From the human T2T-CHM13v2.0 reference genome, Homo sapiens, in NCBI RefSeq assembly GCF_009914755.1, contig NC_060930.1: 64,000 nucleotides of DNA, one strand, 5' to 3'. Every line of letters starts with the position of its first letter. Position 1 is the first letter of the stretch. The notes beneath the pieces were generated by a model that had not been told where the DNA came from, ran no database searches, and saw nothing but the letters and a program-made list of their open reading frames with translations. Below are positions 29,271 through 43,233 of the stretch, in pieces. Made by a program: the position numbers and the translations under genes.

Positions 29271-30512
29271 AAAGGAGGGGAAGAAAATTTCGGAAGGTCA
29301 ATTCATGTTTATACATTTAACTAGATTTTGAGCTAAAACAGGAAAGAAAAGAGGATCAACAGATACCATGATTTTAAAGAATCCTTGGATAGGACACTAA
29401 CAAATCTGTAGCCCAAGCGACCATGAAAATTACACAAATAGAAAAATGTGAAACACTGAGGCAGCAAAGTCAAGTTGAAATGCAATATGAATTGATAAAA
29501 ATGAGGAATGTTTTAAGATATTTTATATACTTCACTTTTTCAGAAAATTACTCAATTTTACTTTGGTTTCTAAATGACTGTAAGAGGTAGAAAGAGTGTA
29601 TTCTTCAAAGGAATTTTGCAAAAAAAAAAAATAAATTAAGTGACAACACATAAGTAGCATTGAGCATCCAATGCAGTAAGATGACCTTTTCCTGAAGGGA
29701 AATCAGACATCATAGCTACTTTCTAATGCTTACATGAAGAAAATCCTTAAAGCATTCTTTGAAGATTGAATTTGTAGAAAAGAGAGCAGTAATTTCTTAA
29801 CAAAACATAAAAAATATCATAAAATTTATGTCTTTAGCTAAAACTTCGAATTTCTACCTCTTCCATTTTACATAAGTATGAACAAAAAGCAAAAGCAATT
29901 GTGAAAAAACATCTTGAATAAAAAATTTTTAAAAAAGGAATTGAATGGAGAATTAGGCAAAATTTATAGTAAAATTATTACAAAAATACAAAATGATTTC
30001 TTTTGTATTTGTATAGAAATATTAAAATTAATATGGAAGTTCTTGATTATGATATCCAGCCAGTTAAGAAATGTGATTAATATGCTGCTTTAACAGACTT
30101 GATTTTTATTAATATGAGGCTTTTTTTAAGTATATTTTTGTTGAACACAAAATTTTTAAGAAAAGTTTCATTGGGATGCATACACTTTATGACTATGTCC
30201 TTGTATTAAATTTGTTAACCTGTGATAAAAAATGATCAATTATTTGAAATGTTCATTATTTGAAAAATTACAAGACTAATATCCATATGTGGTTATTTAT
30301 CCATATATTGGCAATTCCTGTTATTACAATTTTTCCAAAATGATCTTTTAAACCTTCTGGTGTTTGATTTAATCAGTGAATCTAATGTGTGATGTCTTTT
30401 GAGTTAAGATATTCACAAAAATTGTCCTCCAATTCAGTAAAATTATTGGAAAAATTATTGAACAAATGGATTTAAATAGTAACCAATTTCCCATTTCTTT
30501 ATGGTTATATAC

Positions 30513-30823
30513 TTTTTTTTTTTTTTGTCGTCGTCGTTTTTTGAGACAGAATCTTACTCTGTTGCCCAGGCTAGAGTGCAGTGGTGTGATCTCGGCTCAC
30601 TGTAACTCTGTCTTCCAGGTTCAAGTGATTCTCCTGCCTCAGCATCCTGAGTAGCTGGGACTACAGGCACACACCACCACGCCTGGCTAATGTTTATATT
30701 TTTAGTAGAGGCGCTGTTTCTCCATGTTGGCCAGGCTGGTCTCAAACTCCGGACCTCAAGTGATCCACCTGCCTTGGCCTCCTAAAGTACTGGGATTACA
30801 GGCATGAGCCACCATGCACAGCC
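30513..30823 (-). mobile_element. AluS (Sx/Sz-like)
   Basis: Full Alu whose tail contains (GTC)3. Degenerate TSD TATGGTTATATACT / TATGGCCATATATT. Confidence 0.93.
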
Positions 30824-30990
30824 TATGGCCATATATTCTGAAATATTTAGCAGTTTCTCTGCCAGCAGGGCTATACATTGTCTCATTAAATATATGTGAG
30901 TATACTTAGAAGTTATGGTCATATAAATTTTATGTAAAATGATTGAAATATGTTAGTAATGTATCATCCTATTCCAAACATGTGTTCTGT

Positions 30991-31151
30991 GAAAATTATT
31001 TTATTTTTGTTGCCATTGAAAATATCCTGGGCAATAAAATTTCTTAAATTTTATTTAAGAAATGAAAAACATTATTTAAGAAATAAATTTTTATTTAGAA
31101 AATTTTATTGCCCAGTATATTTTCAGTGGCAACAAAAATAAAATAATTTTC
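30991..31151. repeat. Long inverted repeat (about 52-bp arms, about 55-bp spacer)
   Basis: GAAAATTATTTTATTTTTGTTGCCATTGAAAATATCCTGGGCAATAAAATTT matches the reverse complement of 31100-31151 with 2 mismatches. Confidence 0.95.
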
Positions 31152-34100
31152 TTAAATGGGCAAATGCCTCACCAATCCACTGAAAAGAGATTTCTTCAAA
31201 CCACTTAGAGAGGCATGCTTAGTTCCTAACTCATAGGATAGTAGTGAGATTTAAATGGAAAATAATTCACAAACACGCAACTTTGGGACATAAAGTTCTG
31301 AAATACTTATACTATAATTAAAATTGTTATACAATCAGCTAGAACAAAATTAAAGATAAACTGTTATTCATAAAACCATGATTCCCATCCACAATTGTAT
31401 TTGTTTACTTTTTGTAACCCCATTACCTGTCTATATAGACATAATCCTCTTGTAGTTATATTTTTGTCTTAAATTTAAAAATGTATTTTGTGAAAACCTA
31501 TGCATATTACTAAATAGACAATTTTAATATTTAATGTCTATATAATGTATCAAATAACATGAATATTTCTATTTGTTTTCTGAACATTTTAAAAATTCTC
31601 AGTATCATAAATACTTCTAAGGTTAACTTTTCTTGCCATCCCACCATTAGGGAGCCTCATGATTTTAAAATCAAGCTTGATAGAATAATGTCACTTCATT
31701 GTTGTTTAAATTGCAGTCTAAATAAATAAACATAGATGAATGCATATTTATCTATAAATTTATATCTGTATATGGATATCTTTATCTATGTATACATATT
31801 TACTTATAATAAATCTGAACATATTTCTTACCAATTTTACAATAGATTTATATAACATATATAAACTTTGTGGCCATAGTTGCTGTAAATATTTTTTAGG
31901 TAGGCCAAATTCCTTCTTATTCTGAAAACCTATAAAGGGTTTTCTTTCTATATGGTTAAATGTATCTTTTGCTTTCTAATTTCTGCTATCACTTTAAAGC
32001 ATAAAATAAGCATCTTTTAGGAGAGCTTATGAAGCTTCAAATAAATTTTCTCATTTTCTATTATTTAAACATTTTATTGACTCAATACAATTGAAATTTA
32101 TTTTGGTGTTCATCTACACATGGATTTGCTAATTTTAGTTAGTTTAAAGAGCATTGTATAAAAGTTCTCTTATTTTTTCCATTATATTGAGATTTTCCCA
32201 TTTTAAAATATGATAACTATATAGAATCTACTTTTATTTAGAGTAGATATAGATAAAAGAATAGAAGCTACTTGTAGCTTTTTATTCTGTTCATTTTGGT
32301 ATCTATTTTTTAATACCACTTCTAATTTCAACTACTTTGTTGTTATTTCTGAAGATTGAATTAAATGTGTTAGGATTCTTATATCTTTATGTTTTCTGTC
32401 ATAAATATGCATTATTAAAAAACAATTATGTTCACTACCATAATTCATTCAGGACAAGGGTTAAATATGACAGTTCTTTCAGGATTATAAAAATTATATT
32501 GTGTATTACATTTGGACTTATTCAAACTATGAAAATTAATGAATTTACATCCTCCTGAGACATTTTTTCAACTTAAAAAGTAAGATGGCTTTATGGAATT
32601 TTAAACTTGATGTAGGGGATACTGATCATTTTATAAATTAAACACTGGCAAACACTCTCTTACAGGAACAGAATTTTTTTTCTTTTAAAAAATTCTTCTG
32701 AAAAGCTACAAATAAAGATACTGTTATGTCAAACAAGGCTTATATTCTACTGAATACTTACTTTAGGAAACTAGCTGACCTGAAGACCCTGCTTTGAACC
32801 CAAATTGCTCTTTCATATTAGTGGCTCCTCACCCTTTTGGCCTGCTTCCAGACTTTAGAAAATTTTATGTAATGTTCAGCTTACATTAGAAAAAACCTAG
32901 CTCATTTTACAGAGAGGTTTTCTACAACACTTATGCGTGTATGTGATAGGACTACAGTCAAGAAAAAAAATTGAGAGAAATGTTTTCTAAAATGGGATGA
33001 CTTTAATGAAACTGCTCAGTCTGTACAACAGTATCATGTATTTTACTTGAATGAAGTTGTTAAACAAGATCTCTGTTTACGTATACTGTTGTGCAGTTAT
33101 CAACCCAATCAAAAACTCACGCATTGTTTTTTAATTCAAAAGTGATTAGCAAATGCTGAGAAGTCACCTTATCTCAGTAAAACACAGGTACCAACTCAGA
33201 GTAAATATTTTGGTAAACAATTATTCTGTCCTTGCATATTCAGCAGTGTGCTAAATTATGCATAATCTTGCATAAGTAATAAGTGAAGATAGCTTAAATT
33301 CAGCTTTTTTTTTTTAACCTGACCTATTTCTTTCAGTGCTGTTAGCTGCTTAAATCATGTATGAGCTTTCTGTAAAGCTTCAATGAGTAGCTCGGGTAGA
33401 GAAACTTCAGTAATAAATTTCAGGAGAAGACAAGTTTTTTGACAGGCATAATGCAACACATACAGAGTCTGGAACTCACACTCTGGGAATTTAGAGCAAT
33501 CCTTGCAAAGCAGCTTTTCCCTGTTACATTAATAGAGAAAATGAAGTATGAAAGTCCTCAGGAATTACTGCTAGGTGTAATTTAAATAATTTACTAGAAG
33601 ACAGTTCAGCACATGCATAGAACAGGGGCATACAGAGTTTGCCATGAGCAGTTTATAAATAAACTATATTCTGCTGAAGTAAGTCAGGCATAAATTATAT
33701 CTATTCCTTTTGTGGCTGTACCCCGTTCCTCATTGTAATAGTTATTTAAAAAAAATTTCTGGGTTATGACCTTCTCCTGGAAATCACAGACATTGCCTGC
33801 CTTGTACCTTGCTTATGAGCTTCCTTGTGGTTAATGGTTTGGTGGCTATGAGATCAAAGTAAAATTACTATTGCTGGAAATAAAGAAAAAAATGCATTAC
33901 GTATCTGTAAACAGAATTCCGAAAGAATTTCTTATCCTGGTTTGGGGTGGGGGAGATTTGTGGCCAAAGATCATTAAAGGGATTCTGGCTATTTTATAAA
34001 GGTTTTACACCTTAGAGAGAGAGAAAGAGAGAGAAAGGTATTTTCTATTTTGTGCCTCGAATATTATGCCTTAAATTACCAAACCAAAATAAAAATGCCA

Positions 34101-36743
34101 AAAGGAAATACATATAATGAAGACTCAAAATTATGCAGAAATTATTTGTAAAACATGCATATGGAGGTTAAAAGGCTTCCATTCATAGAGTCTTGAGTTA
34201 TTAAAGAGCGGATGGGCTGTAATGGCAGTAAAGGTTTTCCTCAAATATACTGCTAGTCCTTTGCAGAGAGACTTTGTTCAAGGAAGATGATCTCAAGTGC
34301 TTGCTGTACTCAAGCCATCAGATTTTAAATTAGTGTTCTGTGACTTTTACTTTCACTTAGCTTCCTTTTGATAAAGAAAACAGACTCCTTGGAAAATTAG
34401 TATAGATTAAGAAGTGAATAGCTATGATGTTACATGAGAAATACAGAAAGATAATGTTCATTCTCATAAATTCACTTTTATATACATATAAATCACACTT
34501 TCTATGTTGCCTTTTGGAGTAATATGCACTGCAGTTCCTCAGCTCCCCATATATATGAATATGTGTATGTACTCATTTGATTGATAGATAGATATCAGAG
34601 TTAAAATTTTTTGTGGGAATTCATACTCTATATACATGGGTTCTGACTAGAACTTATATCCTACACAGAGGGAATAGTGGGGAGCAAAAAAGACAATACT
34701 GCAGTGATGATGCTTTTATTCTCAGGATCAATTTTGTAATAATGGCCTCATAATTAGAAAACACCTGAATAGAGGAAAGTGTTTTCTGAGCCTTGATCTG
34801 GAATGTGGAATGAAAATACACTTTTATTTGTCTTTAATGAAGAACAAAGACTTGATGTAGTTGCCACATGTACATTCCAGTTTGGGCTGTGATTTATTTA
34901 TTTGATCTTCATATGTGATTCTGTGTCTTCATTGGGGAATATTGCTTATGGTGATGGGTCTGCATTGAAAAACTTGGACCAGAACCCTAAAATTAGCTAT
35001 CTGGCTATTATGTGTTAGAACCTGTCACCCTAACTCAGTGCTATAACTAGCTAAATTAAACAGATACAATGGATATGCCTCCTGTAGCATAATTAAGAAA
35101 GTTACATAAAACCCCCTGATGCTCATTTGGGCTTGTACTTGTCTGAATACAGGAAGAAATGAAGAAATTCTAAAATATTCCTGTCCTTGGTAGGTAAACA
35201 AGATCAACATGTGTGAAATTATAGCTAGAGATTATTGCTAAAATAATTTATAATTTTCTATGTGCCTCATTCTCACAAGTGGAGTACATTCCTATACAGC
35301 TATTGTAGATGCTAGTCTCACAACTTAGTTTGAGAAATGCTGAAATATTCTCTGCATTTAGGTAAGGGCATTTAAAAACTCTGAGAAAATACTGTTTTAA
35401 TATTCAAAAGAAGTAATATAAGAAATATAAAATATAAATTCTTTTACACCAATATTCATACAAGAATAAAGCTTGATTCTATGAGTGTGAGTGTTAGGTA
35501 CAGTACTTGTTGATTGGACGTGGGTGGCAAGGTTGGGCAGGGGTAAAGGACTAGTGGTGCCTTATGATGCTGAGGAAGCGAATCTCCATTTGACCACCAG
35601 AGAGAATCCTGAGAAATAAGAGCTACGAAGAGGTCCTAGGGTTAATGAAAAGCAGGGGCATATGTCCAAGTGAAAGAAGGTGGTGTCAGAGGAAAATAAC
35701 AAATTCACAGCTCCACAGTTTTGACTTTGGCCAGTCTGGGGTTGGCACAAACTCAACTTCTTGTCGTTTTAGTTAGTCACTTATAAATCTGCAATGAGAA
35801 CACATTGATAATAGAATCCTTCCTTATTTGTTGATAGATTTGACACTTGTATGAAAATCTAAGTCATTTATTACTCTAATAGGAATCATCCCTCCAACAT
35901 AGCTTCTTTATCAGTGATTGTTTCTATGTTAACATGTTGAACTTGTTACTGTAATGGAAAGTCTGGCAGCTCCTCTCATATTACGATATGAAAGAAATAT
36001 CCTACGAGAGAAAGAAATCAAGTTAAGCAAGTGCACAGATGCATTATAATCTACCATATAGCCACTTTATAAGATACTTGTGTGTATGTGGTGTGTGTGT
36101 GTGTATGATATTTGTATTTTTGATAGTTGTTTGTTTAGTTGGCTATGATGAAGATTTTCTTATGATGAAGATTCTCAGAAATGTCAGCATAGCTAATGCC
36201 AGGTTTTCTATATACAGGGAATTTACCCAATATCTTTTTCTACCTGGGCTCATTGAACTCAAGAGATTCATTGTGGATAAGCAGAAAACAGACATTTTAA
36301 AGAAAAAAAAAGCCCCTGTTTTACTACTCTCATATAAGGTGCCTGTGAAAAAAATCTATATATCAATCCAATCAAAAACAGGAGTTTAATAAATAGGACT
36401 TTATAAATTGTAGAGGAATCTTTTATTCAGATTCAGGAAATCTGGTTTTAGTCTCATTTCTGTCCGTATGATAGACTCCAAGAAATCTGCACAATTTTAA
36501 CTTATTGAAAAAACCTAATCAATATACCTTACAAACAAAATAACAAAAAAGTGACTGAATAGCAATATACCATAGCACTATTTTCATTTATACTCTTTTA
36601 TAGCACATTGTAGAGACTGAGTGACTATAGAATAAATGGAAAGCCCTTTTCTCCTCAGTGTTAGTATAGCTTATCTCTGTAAAATGAACAAAAGAATCAA
36701 GCATTTTTTCTATTTATGGTACCTATCAGAAACTAAATTTTAG

Positions 36744-37111
<368 letters not shown>

Positions 37112-38255
37112 TCATCTCTTAATTCGAGTAATTTTACATAAGCAACAATGGGGTAGGTACAATGTACCAATTATTGAGTATACTGTGTACCAGAAACTAA
37201 TGCTGAGGATGTTTGAAATTACTTATGACCTGGAGTTAATCATCAATAGAAATTGTATAATGTAATTTACATTAGCATTGAAACTAGCATTGGATTAACC
37301 TTTGGAAAAATTTTCCTTGTAAGGTTCTTCTTTTTATGCATACTCTAACAGTAAGCTCTATGTTTCCAATCATTTCTACAGTAAAATGTAACTTGTGACT
37401 TATGCTATTAATTAATAAAAAGTGTTTCTTGAGTCTATAATTGGAACTAGGTTGATATATTGTTATAATTTTCTTTATTCCAATTCTGCTTGAATTAGCT
37501 TTAAATAGTAAAAATATAGCATCATTTGAACTCTTTTAAACAATGTTCTTCAGAAAACCATATTTTTATTACAGAATTGAACCTTCAGTAGATTAAATTA
37601 TGTTAACATGAAATTTCTTCTGAATATGCAATAAATAGGTTGTAGACCTGATTAAAAACAGCTTAGTTAAAAGAATTCCATTAACATCATTACAATGATA
37701 GAGAAAATAATGTGCAAAACAGAGTCACTGTCATGATCCTGACCTGGTGATACAAATTAAAATAAAGAAAAGTGTCATATTTCTCTGTGGTTCAACTTGG
37801 GTTCACCTAATAGAACTCTGACAAAAGCAAATGTTTTGTCACTTACTCTGTTGCCAAGAACATTTTAGTGCATAATTAATGATAATCCATTCCTTAATGT
37901 GTGTATATGAATGAACACAAAGTTGTTGCTGGTGCCACAGAAACAATATCATTTTCAATGTGAAGAGAGCAGCACGATTTCTACTAAAATAATGAGCTGT
38001 GGAAAGGATAATGGAAGGTGTTAGGAGCATAATAAACATGATTAGAGTGGACGAGGAGAAAAGAATGGTATTCAACACCATCAGGATTTTTATCTTAGAA
38101 AAAAAAGTAAGTCCTTGAAGGGTTTCCATGGCCCTTCTCACTATGTGGTCTATAAATATCATGCAATATGCAGTCTGTTGCTTAGTTTACATCTCTGTCT
38201 TGCATGCTGACCCCTTCTTCTCAAATTGACAGACAGTATCTGGTGTTTTCTGGAG

Positions 38256-38415
38256 CAGTGCTTACTACTTCACTGTGCATATACATTACTCGGGGGAGGT
38301 TAACAGGTAGACTCTAATTCATCAGATCTGAATTAGAGGTGAGGACCAAGATTCTGCTTTTTAAACTAGCTCCCAAGTGATGCCATTTTTTGCTGGTCCA
38401 TGGATCACACTTTGG
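38256..38415. mobile_element. MER5A (hAT-Charlie)
   Basis: CAGTGCTTACT...TTCTGCTTTTTAAACTAGCTCCCAAGTGATGCC...GCTGGTCCATGGATCACACTTTG. Confidence 0.8.
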
Positions 38416-38439
38416 CCTCTTCTCAGCCAACACAATTTT

Positions 38440-39050
38440 CATGGGCAGTTAATCCACTGCCATGATTTCATATATCCTGTATGTTCGCGATTTGTTATTC
38501 CTTATCCTCAGTCTCAACTCTTCTAATCTTCACAATCTTTAATTTGACACATTAAAAACTAAGCTCATATGGTCATCCTGAAACCCAATCTTCCTGGTTT
38601 ATGCTCTGCTTATTATATTAATGATACCATCATTCCTCAGGTTGCCAAAGATGGTCATATCATTCCCATTTTACACTTACGGCTTTGAAAGTTAGGTAGT
38701 CTCTTAAAATGGGTCTGCTAGTAAAAGTAGTCTGTGTCTAAACACATGTTATCTGATTTCAAAGAGTATGCTCATTTACTATATATAATTGTCTCTTTCT
38801 AGAATAACTTTCCCTTTCTTTCCCACAGATGAACTATACTTTTTTATAAAATGTATTTCCTATGTGAAACCATCCCCAGTTTTTCCAGGAAGCATAACAT
38901 CTTCCTTCCTCTATGATTCTATGGAAGTTTGGTATCCACTGTTTTCAAGGAACACGTCACAATGCATTTCAACTGTTGGTTGGGTTGCATGTCTCCTCTT
39001 ACCTTAGAATGTGAGCTCCTTGAAGTTAAGGACTGTGTCTTATTTATCTG
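38440..39050 (+). mobile_element. L2 fragments with a nested MIR piece
   Basis: Ends TAGAATGTGAGCTCCTTGAAGTTAAGGACTGTGTCTTATTTATCT (L2 3' region). MIR-like ATTCCCATTTTACA at ~38662. Confidence 0.6.
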
Positions 39051-39054
39051 TTAA

Positions 39055-40110
39055 TTATTTTATTAGAAATAAGGAAACACTCGATTGTTTTAAAAATTTT
39101 TAAAGTGATATAAAAATATAGAAAAAAAATTTCTTCTTCCAAATTCCTCTCTCTAAATCTCACTTCTCTGCATTTAGGTAACCACTGAAAATATGTAAAA
39201 TTATATAGAAACATAGAGAAAAAAAGAAAATCCATATTCCAAATACTCTTTCCAAATCCCGCTCTGCATTTGGGTAACCATTGTTATTAGTTTGGCGTGC
39301 AGCTCTTGAAAACGTAGTCTATGGACATTTATTTATATACCTTATATATAATCTCCATCTCTGCATAGCTATAAGTATATATACATAAACACATAGTTTA
39401 AAAATTGGATGATGTGCATATTATTCTGTAACTTGCTTTTATTTGCAGTAGTGGTATATCTTGGGCAACTTTTTCATACTATATATACACACACACAATA
39501 TTCTTTTAAAGAATATAAGTGAATCCATGGTATAGAGTTATAAAGTTTTAATCATTTACATATGTAGAGAGAGATAATTTAAATGTTTAGTATTTTGCTA
39601 TTACACGTAAAACTGAAAGAAAATATTTTATTGTTTTCATCCCTGTACAAGTATTTCTCTATAATAGATATCTAGACTTGATGTCACTGATTCAAAGATA
39701 TATGTCTGCAATGTTGATACATACAGCCAAATTGTCTGCTAAGCAGTCTGGGCTAATTTATACTGACAAATAGAAGAGCCATGATTTTTTACTAAAACAT
39801 TTTTGCTTTCAGCCACATTAGGTCTTATCAAAACTATTAAATTTGCCAACAAAATGGGTGAAAAATTATGCCTCATAATTATATATTTTTTCATTTCTCT
39901 GATTACCTATGATCTTAGGATTTTTCTGGAAATGCTTTGGCTGTTTGAATGTTTTCTCTATGATGGCTGTTCTTACTGTTTGGTCATTTTTCTTTGGGTT
40001 GTTTTCCTGGTTTGCAATGATTTTCAGACGTTCTCTATATATTTAAGATATTAATGCATTTTTATATGTTACAAATATTTTTCTCAGTCTTTAAAAAATG
40101 TATTTAAAAT
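39055..40110 (-). mobile_element. Ancient L1ME 3' region
   Basis: GGTAACCATTGTTATTAGTTTGG...TATTCTGTAACTTGCTTTT...TTTGCCAACAAAATGGGTGAAAAAT. Confidence 0.65.
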
Positions 40111-40984
40111 GTATATGACATAAAACATTTTTTATTTTTGCATATCCAAATTTCACATTTTTCTATTATTTTATCTTTATGTTTGTTGTTTTATTGCTTA
40201 TATCTATTTATTTTACTTCTTTAGTTCCTTGTTTATTTCAGAGTTATTATGTTACTTTACATACAGTAAGAGTCACCATTTATAGGTATATACTTGGATG
40301 AGTTTCATTAAACCTAAGTAGTTTCATAACCACCACCACAATGAAGATATAGAATGTTTTTGTTACTGCCAAAAAGTGAACTTATTCCCCTTGTAGGCAA
40401 TTGCCAACCCCCTGGCAACCACTTATCTGACTTCTCTTCCTATTCCTTAATTTTTTCCATTATGGAATATAAATAGGGTCATTCAGTATGCAGGGTTTGG
40501 TAGTGATTTTTAAATTCATCCATGTTGTGCATATTTCAGCAGCTAATTCTTTTTATTGTTCAATAGTACTCTGTTACAAAGATGAACCAGAATTTCTTTT
40601 ATCCATTGACCAGTTGGATAATTGGGTTGTTTCTATGTTTTGGCAATTATAAATAAATTATTATATACAGTTATTACAGGTCTTTATGTGGACAAATGTT
40701 TTCATCTTATTGGTTAAATAACTAGGAGTGACATTACTGGGTTTTATAGTTAGCTAAGATGCCTATAATATTTTTCATTTTCACCAGCAATATGTGAGAG
40801 TTGCTGTTATTCCTCATCCTTGTCAGGACTTGATATTGTCAGGTTGTTTGTTTGTTCAGCCATTTTACGTGGGTAGTAATATTTATTTTTGGCTTCGCTT
40901 TGCATTTCTATAAAGACTAATGATGATGAGAATCTGTCCATGTACTTATTTACTACCTGTACCTCTGAATAGAAGTGTCTGTTA

Positions 40985-41282
<298 letters not shown>

Positions 41283-41800
41283 TCAAATTTCTCCCCTTTA
41301 AAAATATTATATTGTTAGTTTCCTTATTTTTGAGTTGAGGAGTTTTTCTGGATACCAGTCCTTTATTCCGTAAGTGTTTTGCCAGTATTTCTCCCAAGTC
41401 TGTACTTGCTGGGTTTTTTTTGTGTTTTTTTTTTTTTTGTTTGTTTGTTTTCTTTTCATTTTGTAACACTGTTTTTCAAAGAGCAGATGTTTTTAATTTT
41501 AAGAAGTCCAATTTCTCCAATGTTTCCTTTATGCTTGCTTTCTATATTCTGCTTAAGATAACCCAAAGTCACAATGATAACTTTTTGGGTATGTTTGCTT
41601 TTAGATTAAATGTTTTAGTGTTTTAGTCTTTACATTTAGGTCTAGGGTCTATTTTTAGTTTTGTTTCATACGGTGTGAGGTGAGTATGTAGGTTCATTTT
41701 CTGTCAGGTGTCCAGTTGTCCTGACATGATTTACAGAAAAAAACATATTTCTCCATTAAAATATCTTGACACTTGTCACATATCAACTAAGCATCTGTGT

Positions 41801-42120
41801 TGTATTATTTATCTGTGGTTGTGTAACAGATTACCACAAAATTTAGTGGCTGCAAACATTAAATATTTCTTAGCTCACATTTTTTGTGGGTCAGGGACCC
41901 AGAAGCAGCTTTACTGCATAGCTTGGCTAAAGCCTTTTACAAACCTGCAATCAAAGTTTTGGCTAGGGCTTCAGTCAAGACTCAAACAAGGGAAGATCTG
42001 CTTCCAAGCCTGGCTATTAGCAGGACTTAGGTCTTCAAAGGATACTGAGCAGGATACCAGTTCCTTGCTAAGAGGGCCTCTCTGTAGAGATAGCGGCTTC
42101 CCTCAGAGTGAAAGATCCAT
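41801..42120 (-). mobile_element. MLT1 (MLT1F-like) partial LTR
   Basis: TGTGTAACAGATTACCACAAAATTTAGTGGCT...GTGGGTCAGGGA...GGAAGATCTGCTTCCAAGC...GGCTTCCCTCAGAGTG. Confidence 0.78.
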
Positions 42121-42258
42121 TCACCAATTACTTCCACCATCTACTGAGATGATTCTATGTTTCTTTTTCAGTCTATTGATATTGGCTGATGTTTAAAACA
42201 CTGACTGAATTTTGAATGTTGAACCAACCTTGTATGCCTGGAATAAACCTCAATGGTC

Positions 42259-42335
42259 ATAATGTATTTGGTACATAATATATTTGATAAACGATGCATT
42301 TGGTACATAATGTATTTGGTAAATAATGCATGTAT
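42259..42335. repeat. 16-bp minisatellite, about 4.5 copies
   Basis: ATAATGTATTTGGTAC / ATAATATATTTGATAA / ACGATGCATTTGGTAC / ATAATGTATTTGGTAA / ATAATGCATG. Confidence 0.85.
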
Positions 42336-42802
42336 ACACACACAAACTTATACACTCACACACAGTAATTATATATATTTTATATATATACACACACACA
42401 CACATGTATGTACTGTGGGGGGAATACATTAGGGCCACAGGTAATCCTGACCATAAATTATTAGTTATGGTTTCCAAGTGTTTAAAGGCAATAGCAGTTT
42501 TCTGACTAGTGTAGTTAGAAATGAAAGGATGTCTTTTCCATCAAAGTGTCAGTTAGGTAACCAGGCAAGACAGAAATCAAACTCATCAAGAGAAGCAGGT
42601 GTATATTCTGAATATTGTGAGTAAGAAATTTACAGAATTTGACCCTTAGAAAGTATCATTTCCAAGGACATAGGGAAATGAGAACTTCAAAGTGCATTTT
42701 ATGAGATAATTAAAGAGGAATGGATAGTACTGCAAGCCAGTTTGTTGGTTGTCTTTATATTCACTTGGGCACAACATTAATGAAGAATAAGACAGGGCAA
42801 TT

Positions 42803-42945
42803 GTATATATGTATTATATATATATATATACTATATATAATATATTAATCTATTATTTATGTATTAACATGTATTAACATTGATACTTATATATTATATA
42901 TTTATATAATCTGCATTAACATATTAATTATCTATATTAATAGAA
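42803..42945. repeat. (TA)n-rich low complexity
   Basis: Read directly. Confidence 0.85.
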
Positions 42946-43233
42946 AATAATATTTAAAAAAATTATTTCCGGCCTGAAATTAGTTTATCTAACTCTAAAG
43001 TTACAGTATCAACTTGCAAACCATCTTATCTTTTTAGACAATTCTACAGTTATTTGTTCCTAAACTTCAATTTCTTTCCATTTTTGTTTTCTCTCATTTT
43101 TCTTTCATTCCTTTTTGAACTCTTCTAAAAATATTTTCAGACCTTTAGTGTTTTTCCATTTCCAGTTATATCCTTTAATTTCCTTGAATTTAATTTTGAA
43201 ATACTTTCTCAGATTACAAATATGTATCAGGTG

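Noticed and set aside
41708-42196. 162-aa plus-strand ORF
   Set aside because: Spans L1M and MLT1 sequence, so it is chance read-through of repeats.
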